From NCBI GenBank assembly GCA_009777815.1, contig WRLB01000004.1:1-43699 (forward strand): a stretch of 43,699 nt of DNA. Direction: 5' to 3'. The position numbers and the translations under genes were made by a program. The notes beneath the pieces were generated by a model, which worked only from the letters and a program-made list of their open reading frames with translations, made no database searches and had not been told where the DNA came from. Below, piece by piece: positions 27,432-37,895 of the stretch. Positions within the stretch are counted from its first letter, which is position 1; each line of letters starts with the position of its first letter. Origin of the DNA: Bacteroidota bacterium (GTDB lineage Bacteria > Bacteroidota > Ignavibacteria > Kapaibacteriales > UBA2268).

Positions 27432-28628
27432 TTAATTAACTTTTTTTAGTTGAATTTTAAATGTAGTGCCTTTTTGGTCAGAGTATATAGAAATCTTTCC
27501 TTTGTGTCCAATAATTATATTTTGAGCAATCTTATATAAAAGATGTGATTTAATTTTTTGATTAGATAGGTCAAGATTAGCAATAATGCTTCCTTCAAAT
27601 TCATTTTCTTCAAAACCAACTCCGTCATTAGAAACAATAATATTTATTATTTCAGCATCTAATTTTTGAGTAGTATTGTCATTTTTGAAAATATTAATGT
27701 TAATAGTGCCTCCATTTTGCATAGAGTAAATAGAACTTGAAATAAAATTATAAATAGCAAAAATAATTTGTATTTTGAAACAATTAATAAGAATATTTTT
27801 GTCTATATTTTCTTTTATATTAGTTAATAAAGTGATGCCGTGTTTGTTTAGAATCGGGTTGGCTATTGAAATTGTTTCTTCTATAATATCAAAAACATTA
27901 TAATTTTGAGGCGAATTATTAATTTCGTTAGATAATTCTTGTATTTTATTTTGGATATTAGTTATAGAGTTAAATTGTTCTTCTATAATACTTATTCTTC
28001 TTTTATTATCGCCGATGTTTTTTTGAATTAGTTCTAAATTTGTTTTAATTATTTTTTGTGGAATATCTAAACCATTATTTAGTGCAACCAACAATTCACT
28101 AATAGCAATTTGATTAGACGCTAAAATAGTTTGCTGTTTCAATAAATTATATTTTTTCTTGCTATTATTTTTATCTGTAATAGATTGGCAAGTATTAATA
28201 AGTGCAAAAGAATGTTTGGCAATAAGATGTATATTATTTATGTTAGAAGTATCTATATTAGCAGTATTTAATGGGCTATTAGCAATAAAATAAGCACTAA
28301 TTTTATTCATCAAAATAATAGGAATAATAATAATGGATTTAATTTTTTCTATATTATCATCTATATTAGGAATAATTTTTATTTGGTTTGTATTAACAGC
28401 AAAATCAAGTAATCCTCTTTCTTCAAGTTCATTATAAATATTTTCTAAAGTAACCGAAGAACTTATATTATCTAATTTACTTATTTTATTTTCATCTACT
28501 AAAAATAAATCCATTTCAACAATTTGCCATTCTTGTGCTAATACTTTATACAAATTATCAAAAATACATTCTATAGAACTATCTTTAGAAAACTCATTTA
28601 TTAAATCATTATTAATATATTCTTTCAT
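27432..28628 (-). CDS. GAF-like + HisKA/HATPase-like protein with degenerate catalytic motifs
   Basis: Layout of an NtrB-type kinase (GGTINI, DGVGF, II.GHKGKI...S...GTTFKIQL) but no H-box His. Confidence 0.7.
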   Translation of the reverse strand: MKEYINNDLINEFSKDSSIECIFDNLYKVLAQEWQIVEMDLFLVDENKISKLDNISSSVTLENIYNELEERGLLDFAVNTNQIKIIPNIDDNIEKIKSIIIIPIILMNKISAYFIANSPLNTANIDTSNINNIHLIAKHSFALINTCQSITDKNNSKKKYNLLKQQTILASNQIAISELLVALNNGLDIPQKIIKTNLELIQKNIGDNKRRISIIEEQFNSITNIQNKIQELSNEINNSPQNYNVFDIIEETISIANPILNKHGITLLTNIKENIDKNILINCFKIQIIFAIYNFISSSIYSMQNGGTININIFKNDNTTQKLDAEIINIIVSNDGVGFEENEFEGSIIANLDLSNQKIKSHLLYKIAQNIIIGHKGKISIYSDQKGTTFKIQLKKVN

Positions 28629-28720
28629 ATTATAATTATCGGCTATTTTTGTATATTTTTTATTGTTAAAAAATATATTTTGCTATTCCGTATTTAAATA
28701 TTTATTATTTTTGTATAAAT

Positions 28721-30301
28721 ATGGATATGAAATTATTAAATATTAAAGAAGCAAGTGTATGGGCTACAAATTGGACGGAGAAAAATATAACTCCGTCTAA
28801 TATCTCTTATCTTATACAATATGGGCGTATAAAAAAGTTCGGTAATAATGGCACTACGCAAGTTTCAGAAGCAGATTTAATAGAGTATTATGGAGAATAT
28901 AGCGTTTGTAGAGAAGCGTTTTTTAAAGAAAAATTAGGTGAAAATTTAAATTGGGCATTGTCTTTTGAGCAGTATAAAGAAGCAGAAACAACAAAACATA
29001 TTCATCGTTTGCATCCGTATAAGGGTAAGTTTATTCCGCAATTAGTAGAATATTTTTTAGATAATCATACTGATAATTTTAAAACGCAAACTTATTTTAA
29101 GTCAGGTGATATTGTTTTAGATCCATTTTCAGGGAGCGGAACAACGATGGTGCAAGCGTGTGAATTAGGTATGAATGCAATAGGAGTTGATGTTTCGGCG
29201 TTTAATACTTTGATTGCAAATTGCAAAATTGCTCGCTATGATATTGCAGATGTTTTAGATGAAATAAAACATATTACTTTAAGTTTAGAAAAATTTGTTA
29301 ATGATTTTAATGTTATTGATTTTGAATATAAACTTTTACAAGAATTAAACACATTTAATAGTAAATACTTCACTGTTCCTGATTATAAATTTAATGTTAG
29401 AAAAGGCAAAATTGATGAAAAAGAATATGGATTAGAAAAAGAAAATCAATTTTTGCCAACTTATGAAAAACTAATAGCGAAATACAACATAAAATTAAAA
29501 CAAGAAAAAAACGAAACATTTTTAGATAAGTGGTATTCGCAACATATTAGAAATGAAATTGACTTTGTTTTTGAAAAAATAAAAAATATACAAAACACTA
29601 ATACAAAAAAAATAATTAGTATAATTTTAAGTAGAACAATTCGTAGTTGTAGAAGCACAACACACGCTGATTTAGGAACACTTTTAGAGCCAATTACTAC
29701 CACTTATTATTGCAAAAAACACGGAAAATTATGTAAGCCATTGTTCTCTATTTTGAAATGGTGGAAAACTTATTCTAAAGATACAATTAAAAGATTGCAA
29801 CAATTTGACAAATTAAGAACAAATACATTTCAACTTTGTTTGACAGGAGATAGCAGGAATATTGATATTTTAGAGCAAGTAAAAAAGAAAAATGCTGTGT
29901 TCGGAAGGTTATTAGAAGAACAAAAAATAAAAGGAATTTTTTCTTCGCCGCCTTATGTTGGCTTGATTGATTATCACGAACAACACGCTTACGCCTACGA
30001 TTTATTTGGTTTTGAAAGAAATGATGAGTTAGAAATTGGTCCGCTTTTTAGAGGACAAAAAAAAGATGCACAGCAAAGTTATATACAAGGAATTTCTGAT
30101 GTGCTAAATAATTGCAAGCGTTTTTTAGTAGATGATTATGATATATTTCTTGTAGCAAACGATAAAAATAATATGTATCCAACTATTGCAGAAAATACAG
30201 GAATGCAAATTATAAATCAATTTCATCGTCCCGTATTAAACAGAACAGAAAAAGATAAAACCGCATATTCAGAAACAATATTTCATTTGAAAAAGAAGTA
30301 A
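28721..30301 (+). CDS. Type II R-M amino-methyltransferase (likely N4-cytosine) with N-terminal HTH
   Basis: HPYKGKFIPQL, motif I DPFSGSGT before motif IV SPPY; adjacent to endonuclease gene. Confidence 0.9.
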   Translation: MDMKLLNIKEASVWATNWTEKNITPSNISYLIQYGRIKKFGNNGTTQVSEADLIEYYGEYSVCREAFFKEKLGENLNWALSFEQYKEAETTKHIHRLHPYKGKFIPQLVEYFLDNHTDNFKTQTYFKSGDIVLDPFSGSGTTMVQACELGMNAIGVDVSAFNTLIANCKIARYDIADVLDEIKHITLSLEKFVNDFNVIDFEYKLLQELNTFNSKYFTVPDYKFNVRKGKIDEKEYGLEKENQFLPTYEKLIAKYNIKLKQEKNETFLDKWYSQHIRNEIDFVFEKIKNIQNTNTKKIISIILSRTIRSCRSTTHADLGTLLEPITTTYYCKKHGKLCKPLFSILKWWKTYSKDTIKRLQQFDKLRTNTFQLCLTGDSRNIDILEQVKKKNAVFGRLLEEQKIKGIFSSPPYVGLIDYHEQHAYAYDLFGFERNDELEIGPLFRGQKKDAQQSYIQGISDVLNNCKRFLVDDYDIFLVANDKNNMYPTIAENTGMQIINQFHRPVLNRTEKDKTAYSETIFHLKKK

Positions 30302-30303
30302 TT

Positions 30304-31077
30304 ATGGCATTAACAAAAGAACAAAAACAAGATATACAAGAAGTAATTAAAACTTGTTTAAGAAATAAATTCAAAAATTATAACCCTGAAAGCAATAATA
30401 TGCCTTTTCATTTTCGTTTGCTTGGGCGAGATAGGATGGCTTTATATTCGTTTATTCAATCGTTAAATACAACTTTTGGCACGTCCATTTTTGAACCTGT
30501 TGCTGTTGCTTTGGCTAAAAATAATTTTGTAAAAGTAGCATCACAATATATTGTAGGTGATACAATTTTTGAAAATTGTCAACAAAGTATTCAACATATT
30601 ATAAATCAACTCACTGTTGGTGCTACTCCCGATAAAAATAAAGAAATTGAAATATTAAAGAAATCATTAAAAGGAAATAAAAATCAAATAAAAACTATTA
30701 AAGTTGATTTATTTGTTGAAAATAAAAAAGGAGAAATGTTTCTATTTGATTTAAAAACTGCTAAACCAAATATTAGTAATTTTAAAGATTTTAAGCGGAC
30801 ATTATTAGAATGGGCTGGTATTGCTTTAACGCAAGATAGCAACAAAAATATAAATACTTTGGTTGCTATACCTTACAATCCATATCATCCAGAACCTTAT
30901 GCTCGTTGGACGATGAAAGGAATGCTTGATTTAGAAAAAGAATTAAAAGTTGCTGAAGAGTTTTGGGATTTTCTTGGTGGCGAAGGGGCATATCAGGAAT
31001 TACTTGACTGCTTTGAAAAAGCAGGCATAGAATTAAGAACCGAAATAGATAATTATTTTAATAAATTTAATTACTAA
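30304..31077 (+). CDS. TdeIII/MjaII-family type II restriction endonuclease
   Basis: MPFHFRLLG, SLNTTFGTSIFE, VDL...DLKTAKPN, IPYNPY, EEFWDFLGG; starts 2 nt after MTase stop. Confidence 0.85.
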   Translation: MALTKEQKQDIQEVIKTCLRNKFKNYNPESNNMPFHFRLLGRDRMALYSFIQSLNTTFGTSIFEPVAVALAKNNFVKVASQYIVGDTIFENCQQSIQHIINQLTVGATPDKNKEIEILKKSLKGNKNQIKTIKVDLFVENKKGEMFLFDLKTAKPNISNFKDFKRTLLEWAGIALTQDSNKNINTLVAIPYNPYHPEPYARWTMKGMLDLEKELKVAEEFWDFLGGEGAYQELLDCFEKAGIELRTEIDNYFNKFNY

Positions 31078-31115
31078 ATTACATAAAATAATACTAAAAT
31101 AAAAAGAGAATAACT

Positions 31116-31649
31116 ATGATTTTATCATTAAGAAATATAAATAAAAAATTAACACAAAATAAATATATAAAGTATTCTATTATTTTAATACTGATATCCA
31201 TTTTAAACTTTTCATTTATCAATTTTTTTTCTATATTCAATGTTACGCCTGATATATTTTTAATTTTTGTTGTCTGGGCGGCTATAAAAGAAGGAAGGTT
31301 GTTTGGTATTTTAGCAGGATTTGTTATCGGTTTATATTTAGATTTTATTAGCGGCGATATAATGGGGACAAATGCTTTAACTAAAACTATTTCGGGATTT
31401 ATTGCTGCTGGTTTTCATAAAAAAGATGCAACCAGACAGATTGTTAATGAATGGAAATTTGTTTTTGTGGTATTTATTTGTGCAGTAGTGCATAACTTAA
31501 TATACTCATTGTTTTTTATAGAAATAAGTAGACATAATTATATGTTATCTTATTTACGATTTGGTTTTGCATCGTCATTTTACACTGCTTTTTTATCTAT
31601 TTTTGTTTATTTATATCAATTACGTCCGAAATCAAAATACTATTCTTAA
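31116..31649 (+). CDS. mreD: Rod shape-determining protein MreD
   Basis: Hydrophobic 177 aa; PDIFLI, G...GFVIGLYLD...G..GTNAL.KT pattern. Confidence 0.85.
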   Translation: MILSLRNINKKLTQNKYIKYSIILILISILNFSFINFFSIFNVTPDIFLIFVVWAAIKEGRLFGILAGFVIGLYLDFISGDIMGTNALTKTISGFIAAGFHKKDATRQIVNEWKFVFVVFICAVVHNLIYSLFFIEISRHNYMLSYLRFGFASSFYTAFLSIFVYLYQLRPKSKYYS

Positions 31650-31667
31650 CATATAAATTAAAATTAC

Positions 31668-31733
31668 TCATTCCGAACTCGTTTCGGAATCTCCTAGCAA
31701 AATTAGTAGATGCTGAAATAAATTCAGCATAAC
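31668..31733. repeat. Inverted pair of family-A repeats
   Basis: TCATTCCGAACTCGTTTCGGAATCTC ... AGATGCTGAAATAAATTCAGCATAAC. Confidence 0.85.
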
Positions 31734-31738
31734 ATTAT

Positions 31739-31771
31739 AAAAAAACAGCAAAGCCGGATCCCTGCTGTTTT
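31739..31771 (-). terminator. Probable thrS terminator
   Basis: Minus strand AAAACAGCA...TGCTGTTTTTTT. Confidence 0.6.
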
Positions 31772-31839
31772 AAATCGCTAAAACTTTTTGTTCTAAAGTA
31801 AAAATACATTTTTTTATAGGTTTCATATTTCATAAAATA

Positions 31840-33768
31840 TTACTTCTTATTTACTATCAAGTCGGTAAATAGGTCAATTATTTCGGCTTGTGTTTTAGTT
31901 CCGATGTCGCCTTTTGTATGTTCGCGGACGGATAAAGTATTATTATCCATTTCTTTTTGACCTATAATTAGTGCAAACGGAATTTTCTTTTGTTCTGATT
32001 CTGCGATTTTTCTATTTATTTTTTCATTGCGGGTATCTACATAAGTTCTAAAACCGAGTGCATCAAGTTTTTCATAAATAGCATTAGCATAATCGTGCTG
32101 ATTACTACCAATAGGCAGAATACTAACCTGTATAGGTGCAAGCCAAAACGGAAAATTCCCCGCATAATGTTCTATCAAAATTGCCATAAATCGTTCCATA
32201 GAACCAAGCGGCGCCCTATGTATAATAACGGGACGATGTGCTGAATTATCAGAACCAATATATTCTAATTGAAAGCGTTCGGGCATAACATAATCAACTT
32301 GAACGGTGCCAAGTTGCCACTTACGACCAATTGCATCTTTAATTATAAAATCAATTTTTGGTCCATAAAATGCGGCTTCACCTTCGGCGATTACAAAATT
32401 AAGACCAAGTTCTTCGGCTGCTTCGGTAATTTCTTTTTGTGCTTTATTCCAAAGCGTAATATCGCCGCCGTATTTATCTTTTTCATTGTCGCGGAATGAA
32501 AGACGGGTCTGAATTGCATCTGCCATACCGAATGTTTTGAATAAATAGTGAATTATTTCCACAACACTTTTTATTTCATCTTTAAGTTGTTCGACTGTGC
32601 AATAAATATGTGCATCGTCTTGCGTAAAACCGCGAACCCTTATCATTCCTGACAACTCGCCTGATTGCTCATAACGATATACAGTTCCATTTTCAAATAA
32701 TCTTAATGGCAAGTCCTTATATGAGTGCGGACTATTTAGATATATTTGATGATGATGCGGACAATTCATCGGCTTCAATAAATATTCTTCATCATCTATT
32801 ACTATTGGTGGATATTGCGAATCTGCATAATAAGGATAATGCCCCGATGTTTTATACAAATTAAGATTGCCAAGATGCGGAGTTATTACTTCTTTATAAC
32901 CTCTTTTTATATGCTCTTTGCGAATAAAATCTTCTATAATTCTTCGAATGATTGTGCCATTTGGAAGCCAAGTTGGCAATCCACCACCAACATTCGGCGT
33001 AAGCATAAATAATTCCAATTCCTTTCCTAATTTTCTATGGTCTCTTTTTTCTGCTTCTTCTCGCATTTGTATATAATCATCAAGCATTTTCTTTTTAGGA
33101 AACGAAATTCCATAAATACGCGTCATCATTTTTCTGTTCGAATCGCCACGCCAATACGCCCCCGCAATAGAAAGCAATTTAACCGCTTTTATTAAACTTG
33201 TATTTGGAAGATGCGCCCCACGACACAAATCCGTAAAACTTCCATGCTTATAAAACGATATTTGCTGCCCTTGAAAACCTTCTAATAATTCTGTTTTATA
33301 TTCATCTTTTACTTCATCACGCCAATGTTTTATAGCATCTTCCCATTCCACTTCTTCACGAACATAATCAGAATTAGTTTTAGTTAATTCTAACATTTTG
33401 TTTTCAATTTTAACCAAATCATCGGGCGTAATTTTTATATCATCGGGCAAATCCACATCATAATAAAAACCATTTTCTATTGCAGGACCTATTCCAAATT
33501 TAATTCCAGGATAAAGTTGTTGCAATGCTTCTGCCATAAGATGTGCTGATGAATGCCAATATATTTGCTTTCCTTCTTCATTATCGAAGGTTAAAATTCG
33601 CAAATTACAATCTGCATTAATTGGACGATTTAAATCATATCCTTCGCCATTTACTAAAACTCCGACTGCATTTCTTGCAAGTCCTTCGGATATTGATTTT
33701 GCAATATCTAATCCTGTGCTATTATCAGGATATTCTTTTATATTACCATCGGGGAAAGTTATTTTCAT
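31840..33768 (-). CDS. thrS: Threonine--tRNA ligase
   Basis: TGS domain, HSSAHLMA, DLCRGAH, RDHRKLG, KPMNCP, RVRGFTQDDAH, AFYGPK motifs. Confidence 0.99.
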   Translation of the reverse strand: MKITFPDGNIKEYPDNSTGLDIAKSISEGLARNAVGVLVNGEGYDLNRPINADCNLRILTFDNEEGKQIYWHSSAHLMAEALQQLYPGIKFGIGPAIENGFYYDVDLPDDIKITPDDLVKIENKMLELTKTNSDYVREEVEWEDAIKHWRDEVKDEYKTELLEGFQGQQISFYKHGSFTDLCRGAHLPNTSLIKAVKLLSIAGAYWRGDSNRKMMTRIYGISFPKKKMLDDYIQMREEAEKRDHRKLGKELELFMLTPNVGGGLPTWLPNGTIIRRIIEDFIRKEHIKRGYKEVITPHLGNLNLYKTSGHYPYYADSQYPPIVIDDEEYLLKPMNCPHHHQIYLNSPHSYKDLPLRLFENGTVYRYEQSGELSGMIRVRGFTQDDAHIYCTVEQLKDEIKSVVEIIHYLFKTFGMADAIQTRLSFRDNEKDKYGGDITLWNKAQKEITEAAEELGLNFVIAEGEAAFYGPKIDFIIKDAIGRKWQLGTVQVDYVMPERFQLEYIGSDNSAHRPVIIHRAPLGSMERFMAILIEHYAGNFPFWLAPIQVSILPIGSNQHDYANAIYEKLDALGFRTYVDTRNEKINRKIAESEQKKIPFALIIGQKEMDNNTLSVREHTKGDIGTKTQAEIIDLFTDLIVNKK

Positions 33769-33992
33769 TTTACTTATTAAATTATTAAAAGCAAAAATAA
33801 GTATTTTTTGTTAGAATATTGCTAAAAAAAGAGCATTATAATGCATTAAAACAATAATACACCGAAGTAAATTCAGCAGGACAGGTTTAAATGTTTGTCA
33901 TTACGCATAATAGCAAAATCATTTGATTTAATAAGTAAATATAAAAAAATGTTTATATTTATACAATTTTTCAATAATTACAGTAAAATACT

Positions 33993-34487
33993 ATGGAAAG
34001 AATTTGGTCTCCATGGCGTTCTAAATATATAAAAACGCTTAATAATAAAGAACATAAAAACGAATGTTTTGTATGTAATGCTATAAATTCAAAAAATAAA
34101 GACAAAGAGTTTCTTATCGTTACAAGACGTAAAAAATGTATAGTTATTATGAATAAATACCCCTATAATAGCGGGCATACACTTGTTTGTCCTTTAAAAC
34201 ATATTTCAAAATTCGAAGAGTTTGAAACAGACGAACTACTAAGCATTATGACTACATCACAAGAAATTATTGTCGTAATGAAAGAATTATTTAATCCACA
34301 TGGCTTCAATTTTGGTCTGAATGTTGGACAATCTGCGGGTGCAGGATTGCCAGGTCACCTCCATTTTCACATAGTTCCACGTTGGAACGGCGATGCTAAT
34401 TTTACAGCAACTATTGCTGAAACGAAGTTCTTTCCTGATGCATTAGAGGATACTCGAAAAAAAATATCTAATATGTTGAACAATTAA
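33993..34487 (+). CDS. HIT family hydrolase
   Basis: WSPWR, CFVC, NKYPYNSGH, HLHFHIVPRW histidine triad. Confidence 0.93.
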   Translation: MERIWSPWRSKYIKTLNNKEHKNECFVCNAINSKNKDKEFLIVTRRKKCIVIMNKYPYNSGHTLVCPLKHISKFEEFETDELLSIMTTSQEIIVVMKELFNPHGFNFGLNVGQSAGAGLPGHLHFHIVPRWNGDANFTATIAETKFFPDALEDTRKKISNMLNN

Positions 34488-34574
34488 AAGTAATACTGGC
34501 TGTTCTTTACTTTATACCTGCATAGTTGGATACAATTTAGTAACATAGTGTTTAGTTTTTTATGTATTTATTAT

Positions 34575-34600
34575 GGGATACAGAACGAGTTCAGCAGGAC
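34575..34600 (-). repeat. Degenerate family-A repeat
   Basis: GGGATACAGAACGAGTTCAGCAGGAC. Confidence 0.55.
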
Positions 34601-34619
34601 ATTTTAGAGTTGCCATATA

Positions 34620-35756
34620 TTAAAGCGTAATATTTCTAACATAATGCTTGCCGGGGAGTTGGCGGACTAATTCTTCGAATTCCATATCTATGAGTTGGAC
34701 TAATAATTCTGAAATATCTAATCCTGTAAGACCTATAAGTGTATCTATATGTATAGGTTCGTTGGAAAGATTATTATATATTTTTTCTTCGGCAGGATTG
34801 CTGAAAGTAATATTTTGTTCAAATGTGTTTTTATTTTGGTTGTCTACAACGGATTTATCATCTATTTCAAGGATTCCCATATCTTCTAACATAGTTTTAG
34901 GACTAATAGCAATAATTGCTTTGTGCCTTCTAATTAGGTTATTTGTGCCTAAACTTTTTTCAGAAGTAATATTTCCTGGTATCACAAAAACATCTCTACT
35001 GTGCATATCGGCAAACTTTGCAGTATTCATCGCACCACCTTTATATGCCGATTCTACGACTAATGTTGCTTTAGAAATGCCACTAATAATTCTATTTCTA
35101 TGCAAAAAATATCCTTGCATAGCAGGAGTTCCGAACTTATATTCAGTAATAACTGCACCGCCTGATGTTACAATATCATTAGCAGTTTGGTTTGCTACCT
35201 GCGAACTTATTTTATCTAATCCGCTTGCAATTAAAGCATAAGTTATTCCGTTATTTTTTATTGCTGTTCCGTGGGCGATAGAATCAATTCCATTAGCCAT
35301 ACCGCTTGTAATTAATATATTTTGTTTAACAAACTCGGATACAAATTGTTCGGTGACCATTTTGCCGTAGTATGTACATTTTCTTGTTCCTACTACCGAG
35401 ATAGATATAGCATCGGCGGGCTGTAAGTCGCCCCAAATATAAAGGACAATCGGCGGATAATCTATTTGTTTCAGCAATGATGGATAAGCATCATTCCAAA
35501 CAGTTATTATTTTATAATCATTTTTTTCTGCAAATTCTATTTGTTCTTCTGATTTTTGTATTACACTTATGCCATTTTTATCTTTACTTTCATTCTCAAA
35601 AAAATCTCCTTGCCGTAAATTAAAAGCATTTTTAGAAAAATCATCAAAAGATACATACTTATTTATTATCCGTGTGCATTCATTATAAGTCAATCCTTTA
35701 ACAAATGTTAACGAAATAATAGATGCCAAATCCCAACCGTTAGGTATATTTTCCAC
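34620..35756 (-). CDS. dprA: DNA-processing protein DprA
   Basis: YPSLLKQI..PP, VVGTRK, SGMANGIDS, RNRIISG, VVES..KGG; C-terminal winged helix; GTG start overlaps nusB stop. Confidence 0.95.
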   Translation of the reverse strand: MENIPNGWDLASIISLTFVKGLTYNECTRIINKYVSFDDFSKNAFNLRQGDFFENESKDKNGISVIQKSEEQIEFAEKNDYKIITVWNDAYPSLLKQIDYPPIVLYIWGDLQPADAISISVVGTRKCTYYGKMVTEQFVSEFVKQNILITSGMANGIDSIAHGTAIKNNGITYALIASGLDKISSQVANQTANDIVTSGGAVITEYKFGTPAMQGYFLHRNRIISGISKATLVVESAYKGGAMNTAKFADMHSRDVFVIPGNITSEKSLGTNNLIRRHKAIIAISPKTMLEDMGILEIDDKSVVDNQNKNTFEQNITFSNPAEEKIYNNLSNEPIHIDTLIGLTGLDISELLVQLIDMEFEELVRQLPGKHYVRNITL

Positions 35757-36376
35757 TATTGCAACCCTCTATCTGATTTGTGAATTAATTTTTTATCTTC
35801 AAATATACCTTTTATTTTTTCTAACATACCATTAACAAACGCAGTTGATTTTTCGGTAGAATAATTTTTTGCCAACTCTAATGCTTCATTTATACTCACT
35901 TTTACTGGCACATCAGGTATAAACAAAAATTCTGACATAGCAATCATCATAATTATTCTATCAGTTGTTGCAATTCTGTTGAAATCCCAATTGTCTGCTG
36001 TTTGCCTAATATATTCAACAAATGAGTTATAATTTTTAATAGTAGCATTTATTATTAACATAGCAAATTCTTGGTCTTGCTGTCGCCAAGAAATTAAAGA
36101 ATCTAAGTTTGCATCTGCTAATCTTTCTTCATCTACTACTACTTTATTATCGCTTAATTTATCGTTCTTATTAGCATCTTCATATTCGTTTTCAACGTTA
36201 AAAGAACGATTAAAGATATGGTCTATTAAAAAATCAATAGATATATCTGATACGAAATGAGCCATCAGTATTTGCAAAACTTTTTCTCTTACTAATCTGC
36301 GAGTTCCTTTGACTATTTTTTTAGTATTTAGTGCAAAACCTATTTTTTTTTCTTCAGTAATTTGTTTGGTATCCAT
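35756..36376 (-). CDS. nusB: Transcription antitermination factor NusB
   Basis: RR..RE..LQ, NWDFNRI...DR, P.KVSINEALELAK.YS...S..FVNG.L. Confidence 0.93.
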   Translation of the reverse strand: MDTKQITEEKKIGFALNTKKIVKGTRRLVREKVLQILMAHFVSDISIDFLIDHIFNRSFNVENEYEDANKNDKLSDNKVVVDEERLADANLDSLISWRQQDQEFAMLIINATIKNYNSFVEYIRQTADNWDFNRIATTDRIIMMIAMSEFLFIPDVPVKVSINEALELAKNYSTEKSTAFVNGMLEKIKGIFEDKKLIHKSDRGLQ

Positions 36377-36463
36377 ATATAAATAACATATAAAAGATTA
36401 CAAAAATACAAAAAAATATTGTAAAAATTATTATTTTTGCATATATATATTAAAATAAAAATT

Positions 36464-37813
36464 ATGGCATATAATATTGGTATAATTGGAACGGGCTATG
36501 TAGGGCTTGTTACAGGGAATTGCTTCGCTTCCGTAGGCAATAATGTTTGGTGTATTGATATAGACCAAGAAAAAGTTAATAAATTGCAAAAATCTATCTG
36601 CACAATTTATGAACCCGGATTAGATAAATTACTCACTTCTAATAACGCAAATGGCAATATAAATTTTACCACTGATCTTGAAGAATGTGTTAAAAATTGC
36701 AATATAATATTTTTATGTTTGCCTACTCCTCCCGGCGAAGATGGTTCTGCTGACCTTCATTATGTATTGCAGATGGCAGATTCATTGGGACAGTTAATTA
36801 AAAAATTAGATAGCAATAACAAAACAAATAGCAAAAAAATAATAATAAATAAAAGCACTGTTCCCGTAGGCACTGCCGATAAAACAACAGAAATATTGCT
36901 AAAATATCTGCCAAAAGATAGATTTGCAGTTGTAAGCAATCCTGAATTTTTGCGAGAAGGAGTAGCAGTAGAAGATGCACTTAAGCCCGATAGAATAGTT
37001 ATTGGCACCGATGATAACGAGATTGTTGCGATATTTAACGACCTATATGCACCTTATGTTCGCAATGGTAATCCAATTATATTTATGGATACTAAAAGTG
37101 CTGAAGTCACTAAATATGCTGCGAATTCATTTCTTGCTACAAAGATTTCATTTATGAACGATTTATCGGCGTATTGCGAAGTAGTAGGAGCAGATATAGA
37201 AAAAATTAGAATCGGGATAGGAACTGATTCGCGTATAGGAAATAAATTTTTGTATCCTGGAATTGGATATGGTGGTTCTTGTTTTCCGAAAGATGTCCAA
37301 GCACTATCTTTTTCTGCAAACAGCGTGGGTTCTCCATTAAGTATTGTTGATGCTACCCAACGTGTAAATTATGAACAAATAAATAGATTTTTTGCTCGTA
37401 TAGAAAAACGATTTAATCATTTAAAAGGACTAAAATTTGCTATTTGGGGACTTGCATTTAAGCCGAATACTGACGATATTCGCGAAGCCCCTTCACATAA
37501 ATTAATTAACTTTTTACTTAATAAAGGAGCATCCGTATCCGCATTTGACGAAGAAGCAACCGAAACTACAAAAATAGTATTCGGCGACAAAATACATTAT
37601 GCCGAAAAAATGTATGACACTTTAGACAATGCAGATGCACTGATAATATGCACGGAATGGATAAGTTTTAGGAATCCTAATTTTGATTTAATTAACGAAA
37701 AATTAAACAACAAAATTATTTTTGATGGCAGAAATTTATATAATTTATCTGATATGGAGAAACTTTGTTTTGAATACCATTCCATCGGCAGAAAAACAAT
37801 CATTAACCACTAA
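36464..37813 (+). CDS. ugd: UDP-glucose 6-dehydrogenase
   Basis: GTGYVG, KSTVPVGT, SNPEFLREG, GYGGSCFPKD, GLAFKPNTDD, DGRN. Confidence 0.96.
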   Translation: MAYNIGIIGTGYVGLVTGNCFASVGNNVWCIDIDQEKVNKLQKSICTIYEPGLDKLLTSNNANGNINFTTDLEECVKNCNIIFLCLPTPPGEDGSADLHYVLQMADSLGQLIKKLDSNNKTNSKKIIINKSTVPVGTADKTTEILLKYLPKDRFAVVSNPEFLREGVAVEDALKPDRIVIGTDDNEIVAIFNDLYAPYVRNGNPIIFMDTKSAEVTKYAANSFLATKISFMNDLSAYCEVVGADIEKIRIGIGTDSRIGNKFLYPGIGYGGSCFPKDVQALSFSANSVGSPLSIVDATQRVNYEQINRFFARIEKRFNHLKGLKFAIWGLAFKPNTDDIREAPSHKLINFLLNKGASVSAFDEEATETTKIVFGDKIHYAEKMYDTLDNADALIICTEWISFRNPNFDLINEKLNNKIIFDGRNLYNLSDMEKLCFEYHSIGRKTIINH

Positions 37814-37895
37814 AAATAATATATTACGTGTTTTGTTATGCCAAATTTATTTTGGATAAAGATGTAGAAATGTTATAACATTAAAATAAACAACA

